A stretch of 64,000 nt of DNA from an uncultured Solirubrobacterales bacterium (GCA_963804555.1 CAWDQX010000008.1:9813-73812); one strand, 5' to 3'. Shown: positions 53,834-63,550, counted from the stretch's first letter. Notes: generated from the letters alone by a model not told the origin. Made by a program: numbers and translations.

Positions 53834-54649
53834 ATGCTGATACGCGCCTATTTCGTGGTGATCGTTGTGCTGGCTGCAGCCCTGCTCGCCGGTTGCGGCA
53901 GCTCGTCGAAAACCTCGTCCTCGCCCGCCAACGCATCCGCCGCAACAGCGACCACCGGCAAACCGGCTGGACTCGCCGCAAGCCGCTTCACCGCCCTGCG
54001 GGAGTGCTTGCAGAAAAACGGGATCCCGCTGCCCCCACCAACGCCCGGCCAGTCCCCTACCCTCCGCGTCCTCGGTGCCCACTCCGCGCATCTACCCAAG
54101 GGCGTGACGAGCGCGCAGTACCAAGCGGCGCTGAAGAAGTGCGGCGCCAGTACCTTCGCCGGCGCCGGCCGGCGCGTCAGCAGCCCCGCCTTCAAGGCGG
54201 CACTCACGAAGTTCGCAACCTGCCTGCGCCAGAACGGCGTGAACATGCCGGCGCCGAACACTTCGGGCAGAGGCCCGATCTTCAGCACCAAGGGCGTGGA
54301 CGTACGCAGCACCAAGTTCAGAGCGGCCGAGGTGAAGTGCCGCGGCGATCTGCTGGGCGCCTTTGCCCACCATCGGGGCGCCGGTAAAACATTGAGGATC
54401 GTGGGATCGTCTGGCTCCACGAGCCAGACCAAGACCTCTCCCGTGGTCAAACCGCCAGTAAAACTTGTCCCGAAGGCCGCGCGCGCGTTCCACGAGTTCA
54501 CCGCCTGCATGCGCGAACACGGAGTTACAAATTTCCCTGAGCCAGAAGGAGCAAGCTTCAACCTCAGCCACACTCATATAGATACGAAAAGCGCACAGTA
54601 CAAGGCAGCCGAAACCAAGTGCAACCCCATCCTAAACGCCGCGTTCTAG
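53834..54649 (+). CDS. Lipoprotein with three disulfide-bonded helical repeats
   Basis: Lipobox LAGC; repeats CLQKNGI..KKC, CLRQNGV..VKC, CMREHGV..TKC. Confidence 0.75.
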   Translation: MLIRAYFVVIVVLAAALLAGCGSSSKTSSSPANASAATATTGKPAGLAASRFTALRECLQKNGIPLPPPTPGQSPTLRVLGAHSAHLPKGVTSAQYQAALKKCGASTFAGAGRRVSSPAFKAALTKFATCLRQNGVNMPAPNTSGRGPIFSTKGVDVRSTKFRAAEVKCRGDLLGAFAHHRGAGKTLRIVGSSGSTSQTKTSPVVKPPVKLVPKAARAFHEFTACMREHGVTNFPEPEGASFNLSHTHIDTKSAQYKAAETKCNPILNAAF

Positions 54650-54699
54650 CGAGCATCTGCGCTACCGGGACGCTGACGCCGCGATCGACTGCTCGGCCG

Positions 54700-56005
54700 C
54701 TACCTATACCGCGCCAGCACCTCGCAGATGCGGTCGGTGCCCCAGCCGATCTCCTGCGCCGGTACGCGCTCGTCCGCCGCGTGAATGAGGTTCATGAACT
54801 TCATCTCCGCTGCAAGGCGCATCGGTAGAAAGCCGTAGGTCTGGATTCCAAGCCGGGCGAAGAACCGGCCGTCGGTGACACCTGGCATGAGCATCGGCAA
54901 CGGCACGGCGCCGGGGTCGGCGGCGGTGAGCACATCACCCAGTAGCCCCATCAGGGACAGGTCCGCCCGATCGGATCCCGGCTCATAGCTCGTTGCCTCC
55001 AGCTCGAGGTCGTCGTCATCGACCAGCTCACGCAGCTCGCGGAAGAGATCGTCCGCGCTCTGCCCGGGAAGCAGACGCCCGTCGAGCTCCAGCTGCAGCT
55101 CACTCGGGATCACGTTGACCTTGGCGCCGCCTCGCACGACGGTGGCGTTGGCCGTGTTGTGGAACATCGGATCCAGCATCTGGCCCGCCTCGCCGAGCAT
55201 GTCGAGCATCGCGTCGGTGCGCTCGGGATCGAGCAGCCCGTCGGCCAGCTCCCGCCCGCCGGCGGGCAAGGCGGCCGCCACCGCCTCGATCATCGCGCGC
55301 GGAATCTCGGTGACGTGCACCGGGAGTCGCCGCGCATCCAGCGCGCTCAGCAACCGAGCGAGCTTCGCCATCGCACCGCCGCGCAACGGGATCGAGCCGT
55401 GCCCGCCAGGCCCCCGGATCCTCGCGCGCATCCAGCACACCTGCTTCTCGCCGACCTGGATCGGGTAAGCGCTCAACCCCGCCAGCTCGGTGCGCGCGCC
55501 ACCAAACTCACCGAGCGCGTGCCTCACGCCCTCAAACAGCCCGGGGTGCTCCTCGACCACGAAGCGTGCGCCGTAGGGCCCGAGATTCTCCTCATCCGCG
55601 AGCACGCACAACAGCACGTCGCCCGGTGGAGGCTCAGCGGACTCGGCGAGCCGCAGGATCGCCCCGAGCATCATCGCCACACCGCCCTTCATGTCCAGCG
55701 CGCCTCGGCCCCAAACCTCGCCGTCGATCAGCTCGGCGGCGAACGGATCGTGGCGCCAGCTCTGGCCATCCGTCGACACCACGTCAACGTGACCCTGGAG
55801 CAGGAGCGGTGGCGCGGCGCCCCGACCGGGCAGTCGCGCCAGCAGATTCGGCCGTGCCGCGTCCTTGGCCAAGACTCTCGCTCTGCAGGCCGGCTCCGTC
55901 GCAGAGATCCTTGACCCACCCGATGCACTGAGCCTCATTGCCGGGTGGATTGGTCGTGTCGAACCGGATCAGCTGGCGCAACAGCTCGACAGGATCGTGC
56001 CCCAC
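54700..56005 (-). CDS. M20/M25/M40 family metallo-hydrolase (frameshift near 55880)
   Basis: LIRFDTTNPPGNE, GHVDVV, GRGALDMKG, ADEE, IHAADERV. Confidence 0.9.
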
Positions 56006-56127
56006 GGCGCCGGACCATACCGAAAGCGGCTCGCTCGTCTGATGCATGGACCATCCGAGTCGCCTAACTTCTGTGCATGCCGGAGAACGAGGTCGACGAC
56101 ATCGGCTCTACTGAAGGCGCAGGCGCC

Positions 56128-56973
56128 ATGGCCGATGAGCCGGTGCGGATCGTGCCCTATGACCCCTCTTGGCCTGAGCGCTTCGAGGAAGAGCGCGCGG
56201 CGTTGGCGGATGCGATCGGTGATTGGGTTTTTGGCGGTATTCACCACGTGGGCAGCACGTCAGTGTCCGGCCTCGAGGCTAAGCCGGTGATCGACATCCT
56301 CGTCGGCGTCCGCGGCTTGGAGGAGTCGCGCTCGTGCTTTGACCGGCTCGCCAAGGTCGGGTACCTGTACGCGCCCTATCGCAGCGATGAGATGCACTGG
56401 TTCTGTAAGCCGGATCCGAGCCGGCGCACGCACCATCTACATCTCGTTCCCGCCGACTCGCCAAGATTCCGCGACGAGCTTGCATTTCGCGACTATCTCC
56501 GTGCTCATCGCGATGTCGCCGAGGAATATGGCACGCTGAAGCGCCGGCTGGCGAAGGAGCTCGAGCACGACCGCGAGGCGTACACGGACGCGAAGGCCGA
56601 GTTCATCCTCGCGACCGTCCATCGCGCCGCTGCTCACCTCCTCCTCCGCTCCGCCTACCGCGCCTTCAACGCCCGCGACATCGATGCGGCGCTCGAGCTG
56701 ATGCACCCCGAGGTGGACTGGCCCAACGCCTGGGAGGGGGGCCGTGTGGTCGGCCACGCGGCGCTCCGCGATTACTGGAACCGTCAATTCGCGGCGATCT
56801 CGAGCATTGTCGAGCCACTGAATTTCACTAAAGAGTCAGATGGCAGCATCACGGTGGACGTCCATCAGGTCGTTCACGACGTGCACACCGGCGAGCTCAT
56901 CTCAGAGACCACCGTCCGTCATTCCTACCAACTCAGGAACGGAATGATCACACGCATGGACGTGTTGGAGTAG
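56128..56973 (+). CDS. GrpB (UPF0157) domain fused to a SnoaL/NTF2-like domain (SnoaL copy A)
   Basis: HVGSTSVSGLEAKPVIDI, FRDYLR..Y..LK..YTDAK; then AYRAFNARDIDAAL..VDWPN..RDYW..MDVLE. Confidence 0.85.
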   Translation: MADEPVRIVPYDPSWPERFEEERAALADAIGDWVFGGIHHVGSTSVSGLEAKPVIDILVGVRGLEESRSCFDRLAKVGYLYAPYRSDEMHWFCKPDPSRRTHHLHLVPADSPRFRDELAFRDYLRAHRDVAEEYGTLKRRLAKELEHDREAYTDAKAEFILATVHRAAAHLLLRSAYRAFNARDIDAALELMHPEVDWPNAWEGGRVVGHAALRDYWNRQFAAISSIVEPLNFTKESDGSITVDVHQVVHDVHTGELISETTVRHSYQLRNGMITRMDVLE

Positions 56974-56982
56974 AACAAAAAA

Positions 56983-57348
56983 TCAGAGCAGATGGAGGGT
57001 CTTATTTCGCAGTGAGTCTACGCCGGTGTGTTCTGTGAGCAGCTCAGTCAGTATTTGCACCCATTGGGGGATCGCGGCCTTGGTGCGGGGCATCGTCGCG
57101 TCGAAGGTAAAGACCATGCCGTAGTGCTCGTCTCCCGCGACGAGGAACTGGTCGTGGATGGCTTGGAAGTCTGCGATGTCGTTGGTGACGATCGCGCGCC
57201 GCTCCGCGGCCATCCGCCGGACCAGCTCGAGATCGGAGCTGCCGAGTAGGTCGTTCCTATCCCGCTTGATCGCCTGAACGTCGTATCCAGCTTCTCGCAG
57301 CCCGCGGGCCACCTGAGGGGGGATCATCTCGTCGAGCAGCAGCCTCAA
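56983..57348 (-). CDS. DUF5615 PIN-like toxin
   Basis: MRLLLDEM..LREAGYDV..SDLELV..RAIVTNDIADF..HYG. Confidence 0.85.
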   Translation of the reverse strand: MRLLLDEMIPPQVARGLREAGYDVQAIKRDRNDLLGSSDLELVRRMAAERRAIVTNDIADFQAIHDQFLVAGDEHYGMVFTFDATMPRTKAAIPQWVQILTELLTEHTGVDSLRNKTLHLL

Positions 57349-57770
57349 GCGAGCGCCTGCTGTTGGCGCTGCCAGCGCTCACGCTCACGTTCGGCGATCG
57401 CGTTGAAACGCTCGATCCAGGCGTCGATCTCGTCCTTGTAGTCGGCGTAGTAGCGCACGCACGCCTCGACGTGCGCCGCGGGGATCTCCAAGACCTCCGC
57501 CGCCTCATCCATCGAGTTGCCGTTTTGGCGCACGGTCGTCACGACTTGTGCGACGTCCAGCCGTGTGCCGAGCAATGCGGGCCGTCGTCCCATCGCGCCG
57601 TCACGGAAGTGGATCAACGGGTGCTCGTCGTGGCGCAGGCCCTCCTCGATGTAGCGTTCGGCCAAGGCTGTCTGAGGAGCATGGGTCTCCTGTGCGCGCT
57701 GCTTCAGGCGCGCGACCGTGATGGGGTCGAAGCGAAACGCGACACTCTGCTTGGTAGTGGAAGAAGACAT
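57345..57770 (-). CDS. DUF433 antitoxin with N-terminal RHH-like segment
   Basis: HPLIHFRDG..GRRPALLGTRLDV..ACVRYYADYKDEID; overlaps the toxin start. Confidence 0.85.
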   Translation of the reverse strand: MSSSTTKQSVAFRFDPITVARLKQRAQETHAPQTALAERYIEEGLRHDEHPLIHFRDGAMGRRPALLGTRLDVAQVVTTVRQNGNSMDEAAEVLEIPAAHVEACVRYYADYKDEIDAWIERFNAIAERERERWQRQQQALA

Positions 57771-57876
57771 AATCTCAATACAAGTATAGCGACGTATAGC
57801 ATAATGTCAAGAACGGCACCTCAGACCCCCACGCGCGAGTTCACCATGGTCATCGATGGCCGCTACGCTGCCCCCC

Positions 57877-58041
57877 ATGCCCAACCCCGAACCACTCCTA
57901 CGCTCCGCCTACCTTGCGTTCAACGCCCGCGACTACACCGGCGAGCTCATCTCAGAGTCCACCGTCCGTCATTCCTACCAACTCAAGGACAAAATGATCA
58001 CGCGCATGGACGTGCTCGAGGAACCGAAAATGCACCCATGA
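57877..58041 (+). pseudogene. Internally deleted SnoaL/NTF2-like gene (copy B)
   Basis: MPNPEPLLRSAYLAFNARD joined directly to TGELISESTVRHSYQLKD; the middle of copies A/C is missing. Confidence 0.8.
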
Positions 58042-58170
58042 CGCCTGACCCTAAAAAAGGAGAGGCAGAGGAGAGAATAAGAGATGGGACGAGATCGTGC
58101 CCGAATAAAGACGTATGCCAGCGCCGGCAATTGGCTACCGCGCTTGCGGTGGCGCTAGACACGTCGCCTC

Positions 58171-58452
58171 TCACGCCGCCGCGTGGGCGGTGAGTGATTC
58201 GCGTACGAGCTGCTCGGCTTCCGGAATACGTACGCGCTTGCCGGATGGGAGGATGACCGTGATCGCGCCCTCGGTCTCGAGTTGCTCGCGCGGGCCGAAC
58301 AGCTCGATACCGAGCGGCTCGTCACCTGTCTGGGCGTAGAAGAAGACGTGCCGAGCATCGGTCGAGTCACCGATTTGACCACCCCCGGCCCGCAGGTGAT
58401 CGATCTCCGAGAAGTAGGTTGCGGGCTCGAAGTTGTAGGGACCGACGTTCAT
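58171..58452 (-). CDS. Small protein, possibly DUF2283-like orphan antitoxin
   Basis: RBS GGAG; pattern F...TY..E.D.L...PLGIELF..R..LE..G.ITV.LP resembles DUF2283-type proteins (recalled). Confidence 0.45.
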   Translation of the reverse strand: MNVGPYNFEPATYFSEIDHLRAGGGQIGDSTDARHVFFYAQTGDEPLGIELFGPREQLETEGAITVILPSGKRVRIPEAEQLVRESLTAHAAA

Positions 58453-58628
58453 AGTGCTCTCCAAGCGTTCGGCACGCGCCGTATCGCATAGGCAGTAATC
58501 ACGGTACCAGCCTCCGCGTGGATCTCAACCACGACAACGAGATGGTTGCTCGGGCCGGCCTCGTCGGCGCGATCGTCGTTGTAGGCCTCCCGCCGTCTTT
58601 ACTCGAGCCCTACGCTTATCCTCCCCCC

Positions 58629-58979
58629 ATGCCCAACCCCGAACCACTCCTCCGCTCAACCTACCTCGCCTTCAACGCCCGCGACATCGACGCGGCGCTC
58701 GAGCTGATGCACCCGGAGGTGGACTGGCCCAACGCCTGGGAGGGAGGCCGGGTGGTCGGCCACGCGGCGGTCCGCGATTACTGGAGCAGATAATTCGCGG
58801 CGATCAAAAGCAATGTCGAGCCACTGAACTTCACTAAAGAGTCAGATGGCAGCATCACTGTGGACGTCCATCAGGTCGTTCACGACGCGCACACCGGCGA
58901 GCTCATCTCAGAGTCCACTGTCCGTCATTCCTACCAACTCAAGGACGGAATGATCACGCGCATGGACGTGTTGGAGTAA
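58629..58979 (+). pseudogene. Full-length SnoaL/NTF2-like gene with a nonsense codon (copy C)
   Basis: Near-identical to copy A; TAA at 58791-58793 where copy A has CAA. Confidence 0.8.
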
Positions 58980-59093
58980 TAAATAACACCGTCGAGGTGA
59001 GGATGACCTATTGGGAAGAGCGAGAAGAGGATGGAGGGGAGGAGACGGAGAGAGATAAACAAAAATGGGAGTCACCTCGAAAACAAAATGGAG

Positions 59094-59483
59094 TCACCCT
59101 GCGGCTAGCACTACCGCCGCCCTGTCGGTCTCGTAGGAGGCGATCGCGTTTTTGCCTCGCGCTCGTGCGCTGAGCAGCTTGGGTGGGCGTTGGTGTGGGT
59201 GGACGTCGATCGCGAACTCGATGTCCAGTGTCTGAGCGAGGCGCGCGAGGGTGTCGATTGTCGGGTTGTGCTCACCGGCCTCCAGGCGCGCGACTTGTGG
59301 CTGGGTCATTCCCAGCTGTTTTGCTAACCCTCGTTGGGAGAGGGCGTGCTCGGTGCGGTAGGCGAGCACCTTCAGCGCGACGGCTCGTGCGATCGCGGTT
59401 CGGTCCCACTCGCGCTTGAAGTCGGGGTCGCGTAGCTCCTCGGCTAGGACTTGCTCGCTTGTCTTGAGGTCGGTTAGCTTCAC
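59094..59483 (-). CDS. XRE-HTH (HigA-like) antitoxin
   Basis: DPDFKREWD..YRTEHALSQRGLAKQLGMTQPQVARLEAGEHNPTIDTLARLA. Confidence 0.88.
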   Translation of the reverse strand: MKLTDLKTSEQVLAEELRDPDFKREWDRTAIARAVALKVLAYRTEHALSQRGLAKQLGMTQPQVARLEAGEHNPTIDTLARLAQTLDIEFAIDVHPHQRPPKLLSARARGKNAIASYETDRAAVVLAAG

Positions 59484-59522
59484 GTGGTTCCCTTTGGTCT
59501 CGCCGAGATGATAGCAAGCTTG

Positions 59523-59693
59523 TTATCGACAATGTGGCCTCGGCTGAATCGCCGTACGCTCGGCCGCATCCTGGATGGCCGCGCGCTCTGCATCGGCCGC
59601 TGGATGCCACAGCACCTCATACGTTGGCCCAGGATCCGCAGCCGGCTTGGCCCGCGATCGTGATTGCCTGGGCGTGCTCGGGTTTCGAGTCAT
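59523..59693 (-). pseudogene. Probable truncated RelE/HigB-like toxin
   Basis: YEVLWHPAADAERAAIQDAAERTAI resembles a RelE N-terminal strand-helix; stops abruptly just upstream of the HigA-like gene. Confidence 0.45.
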
Positions 59694-60022
59694 GCCAACC
59701 ACCGTACGCGCCGCTTGGGATGGCACTCTCGATCCGCCCCCGGTAGCCAACCCACAGGCCAAAAAAGGGGCTCCACATGCACGTATCTCACGCGCGCGAG
59801 CAATACTTCCGCTGGCTTGCAGTCACAAAGGATCTGTCGCCGCACACGATTCGTGCCTACGAGACATGCACGGGTGGGAGAGGGGAAAGGAAAAGAGGAG
59901 AGGGAGAGGCAGAGGAGATAAAGAGATGAGGAGATGAGGGAGCCGGCTCCTCAGCGCTGAGGCGCTCGAGCTTCCCGTTAGTCTGCGTTTTCGCCATGGC
60001 CTTCGTGATGCCAGCAACAACC

Positions 60023-60078
60023 TCTCGCCAAGATCGAAGATCATCGCGGGCATCGTGTGAGGCAGATTCTCCTACACG
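60023..60078 (+). repeat. 56-bp direct repeat, copy 2 (truncated HAD-PRTase 5' end)
   Basis: Minus strand encodes MPAMIFDLGERLL vs MPAIIFDLDETLL at 47946. Confidence 0.85.
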
Positions 60079-60312
60079 CGCGAGGGACCGAGGGAATCCA
60101 TGAGATGGGTGAAATTTATGGGAGACAAGAACGCGAGTCGACCGAAAGATAGGTAGGTGTGGCCGGTCACAGAGGTGGGATGGTCGAGCCCAAGGATCAG
60201 GGACGGGAGCCAGCAGTCCGTCGAGATCGCGATGGGCAGCACTCAAGTTTGGAGATTTCAACTGCCGATACTGATACGCATACAGGATTAACCGAGAGAA
60301 GAAGGGATTATC

Positions 60313-60528
60313 GTGCTTGCCAGCTCAAGTGGCGGCGGTGCCGCCGCGCTCTTTGTTGTTATCGTCGGGATTGGCCTTTACTTTTTGCCGACTATCGTTG
60401 CGGTTGCGCGAAAGGTCACCAACCAGGGAAGCGTCTTGGTGATCAACTTCTTCCTCGGCTGGACCTTCGTCGGCTGGGTTGTGGCGCTCGCGATGGCCTG
60501 CCGCACGAGCAACATGAGTGCGCGATAG
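60313..60528 (+). CDS. Superinfection immunity protein (Imm_superinfect family)
   Basis: LYFLPTIVA..RK..N...V..INFFLGWTFVGWVVALAMA. Confidence 0.88.
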   Translation: MLASSSGGGAAALFVVIVGIGLYFLPTIVAVARKVTNQGSVLVINFFLGWTFVGWVVALAMACRTSNMSAR

Positions 60529-60681
60529 GCAATCCTCGAGATTTGGGGACGGGGGAAACGAGATGGTGTGCTTCCCCGTGCACACTTGTTGGAGCCGGTC
60601 TCCACACGAAGCGTCGCCAGGAAGGCGGGCCGCTACGTGGCCAAGCATCAAGCCCAGCCACCGCAGATCATTCGCTGACAA

Positions 60682-62222
60682 CTATGAGCTGCTGAGTTTT
60701 TCCAGGGCCGAGATGGATGGTGAGAAGAAGTACTCGCCGCCTGTGGTCGTCACGAACTGTTTGATTTGAGCGGGGTGTCTTGGGCCCGGGAGTGCTGAAG
60801 CTTCGTGGTTCGGCTACTGGGCGATGACGGGGTCTTGGCCGTCGCCGGTTTCGGGGAAGTTCGGGTTGTTGACCCATAACTTCTGCAGGAACTCGAACTG
60901 GTTTCGAGCGAGTGCTGGTAGCAGAGGAACAGCAGGCCGCGGTCGTCTGGGAACTGGGCGTCGCCGGCTTGGCGTGTCCCGCTTGGCGCGCCTGGGTCGT
61001 ATGGCGCGCCGTAGGCGATGCCGCGGCGGATGATCCGATGGGTTTGGGTGTCGGCTTCCCCGCCGCCGGGTGTCGCCTCGTCTCGCGGGTAGACCTTGCG
61101 GATGTGGGACGCCCGGGGCACGAGGTTGCCGGCAGGGTCATTGCCGTAGACGAAATTGTTGATCTTGCCTTCTTCGAGAGCAAGAGGGGTCGCGATCGAC
61201 GGGTCGGCGATCTGCGGGTCGAGGCCGGGTCCTCGTCTTTGGTCCGCTCGAGCGGGCAGCCGCTCTTGTAGCGGCCGACGAGCTTCGCGCCGATCAGGCC
61301 CTCGGGGACCTGATCTTCGCCGGTGGCCTGCCTGTACGAACGTGTCGAATGCCGCGACGTCCTGACGGAGGCGGCGGAACACCAAGTAGGAGCCGTCAGT
61401 TGTCCATGCGGGCCGCTCGCGGTTATTTCGCCTGGTTCGACGGAGGCTTCGGAACTGGTCATCGCGGGCGGCGTCGGCGCAGGGCTGTACGGAGGTCCGG
61501 GGATAGGAGACGGCGGGTTGGATGGTCCTTTTGGCCGGGGTAGCCGAGCACGAACTCGCCTGGCCATAAGAGGTCTTGTCCGGGCTGGCCCTGATTTGGG
61601 TCTGTTCGGGTTTTCGGGTGTTGTGAGTTCGCGGATGCCGGGCTGTGAGATGCCATCCTTGAAACCGAAGTGCTCGTGACCTGGCAGGTCGGTGCGAGCG
61701 TTCCCGTCTTGCTTGAAGAGCAAACGCAGGTCGTGATCCCCGAGTACCTCGATGTGGCGCAGCGCCTCAGCGTCGAGGTCCTCAGGATCATCTGCGGCGA
61801 GCAGCATAACCGCGTGAACGTCGGTGGACCCGAAAGGCTTGATCCAGTGTTCAGGGGCGCTGGCGCCGGCATCGCCAAGTTCGCCAGCGCGGGCACTCAT
61901 CCCGGCCTTGAACGCGGCAGGGAACGATTCGAGGTCGGATTGGGCGATCCCGAGTTGCTGTAGGCCGCTGGCGCTCAGCGCCAAGTTCATCCAAGAGGAC
62001 TTGAGAGCGTGCTCGCTGCCTCGACGAGCCTCGCTTGCTTGAACAGAGCATTGAAAGTGGCACTTCCGCGGTGTTGGCAACGTCCGGGGTGATCTGCGCG
62101 AACCACCCCTTGGGGTCGTTCCCGGCCGGGAAGTTTATGAACAGGAAGGACTGGAGATCCTTGTTGAATCCAGCGAGAATGTTGCCCTGGATGTTTGCGA
62201 GGTTCAGCTGAGGTTCCGTCAT
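60682..62222 (-). CDS. Dyp-type peroxidase (multiple frameshifts)
   Basis: NIQGNILAGFNKD, HEHFGFKDGISQP, HIRKVYPR, IIRRGIAYG, RGLLFLCYQ, GGEYFFSPSISAL. Confidence 0.85.
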
Positions 62223-62401
62223 TGCTCCCTCCTCAATGGAGCCATACATTCGGATCGTCGCAACGATACTAGCTATGGACCCTTCGAAGTCGTAAACGAG
62301 ATGTAACCGAACGGCTCGTTAGGGAGTCGTCATCGGCAGATCGTCCTCCCCGGCAGCCCGGCGAGCCGGCCTCATGCGCATCGTCCTTCGAGCCCGGCAC
62401 A

Positions 62402-62695
62402 ATGTCCGTCGTGGGGGTGGAGATCGAGATCCTTGAGCACATCCATGCGGCGTGGGAGGATCACGCCGCGAGTGTGAGCAGCGCCAAGGCGATCTTGCTC
62501 AACCAGGGTAACTATGAGCTGATCGGGTGGGATGAGGTGCTCGGGCTTCCGGTTCTTCCCGATGAGCGGCTGGACCCGATGCGGTTTCGACTTCTCTGCG
62601 GTATCGGTCGCGGAGGGTATTGCGCCGAAGGAGATGTCTGTGTGGGACGACGACGGCAACCCCTATGTAGTCGACCCCGCGTGGAGGCTGCTTAG
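62402..62695 (+). CDS. Hypothetical protein (possible frameshift near 62640)
   Basis: 97-aa ORF with coding-like usage, convergent with the 62692 gene. Confidence 0.4.
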   Translation: MSVVGVEIEILEHIHAAWEDHAASVSSAKAILLNQGNYELIGWDEVLGLPVLPDERLDPMRFRLLCGIGRGGYCAEGDVCVGRRRQPLCSRPRVEAA

Positions 62696-63255
62696 CCGAT
62701 CGAGTCGTCGAAGTCCGCGTGCGAGAACAGGCTGCCGCCGTAGAGCGCGGTCAGCTTGTACTTGAGATGCACCGCGGCCGGCTCGGCCAGCTGCGTGACG
62801 CGACGCTCCTCCAGATAGTCGTGGTGCACGGTGATCGCCGAGTAGATCAGCGCAAGGCTCTCGGGGAACTCGGACTCGGCGATCTCAGGGAGGTAGAAGT
62901 AGTTGATCAGGTGGTCGTACTTTCGGAGATCCTCGATCGAGCCTGCCTTGACGACGCCCTGATCCAGAAGCTCTTGCAGTGGGATGGCCGGGGCGAGCAT
63001 GCGCACAGGGTGGGCGTAGCTGTCGGCGACGCCTTGGGCGATCATGCTGCAGGTGGGCGTGAGCAGCATCGCGAAGCCGGGCTCGAACGGCCCGGACAGG
63101 AACTTGCGTTTGCCGGCTGAGTGGCTCGCGGCGTCCGGTGGCCAGGGATAGCCGAGCGGCACGTCCTGGAACAGGTCGCCTTGGCGCACGTACGACGTGC
63201 GCTCCGCGTAGTAGGAATCGTCGGGAGGTCTGGGCTCCCAGTCAGATAGCGCCAC
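62692..63255 (-). CDS. Hypothetical protein with RQGDLF...LLTPTCS motif
   Basis: 187-aa ORF directly downstream of the HTH gene; strong GC3 bias. Confidence 0.7.
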   Translation of the reverse strand: MALSDWEPRPPDDSYYAERTSYVRQGDLFQDVPLGYPWPPDAASHSAGKRKFLSGPFEPGFAMLLTPTCSMIAQGVADSYAHPVRMLAPAIPLQELLDQGVVKAGSIEDLRKYDHLINYFYLPEIAESEFPESLALIYSAITVHHDYLEERRVTQLAEPAAVHLKYKLTALYGGSLFSHADFDDSIG

Positions 63256-63286
63256 ACGACCAACTTAGCTGTGTGGCGGACGGAAT

Positions 63287-63550
63287 CTACGCCGCGTAGT
63301 CCTCATCAGTGAGCGTGTGGCGTTTAGTGGGCCGCCGGCGTTTTGTGGGGATCGTGGTGTCCGGGGCGAACTGGCTCCACATCTCTTTGCGCATTCGCTC
63401 GATGTCCTTCTTGAGAAAGCGCCGGAAGCCCGAGCCTGGTAGCCGCACGGCCTTGAGCTTGCCTCGCTTCTCGAGGTTGCGCACTGTGTTCTCGTGGATG
63501 TTCAGCCGCTTGGCTGCCTCGCGCACGTTCAAGAACTCTGTCGTTGGCAT
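63287..63550 (-). CDS. Excisionase-like/MerR-type HTH_17 DNA-binding protein (87 aa)
   Basis: RBS GGAGG; FLNVREAAKRLNIHENTVRNLEKRGKLKAVRLPGSGFRRF. Confidence 0.88.
   Translation of the reverse strand: MPTTEFLNVREAAKRLNIHENTVRNLEKRGKLKAVRLPGSGFRRFLKKDIERMRKEMWSQFAPDTTIPTKRRRPTKRHTLTDEDYAA

Noticed and set aside
47900-60100. Classical integron cassette array
   Set aside because: No IntI, no recurring RYYYAAC...GTTRRRY attC sites, and genes lie on both strands with their own promoters
60682-62222. Dyp peroxidase as a pseudogene or as several genes
   Set aside because: All catalytic motifs are present in order; the breaks are single-base shifts typical of assembly error (real decay cannot be fully excluded)
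59094-63550. Prophage, suggested by the imm and excisionase-like genes
   Set aside because: No integrase, terminase, capsid, tail or lysis genes in the window
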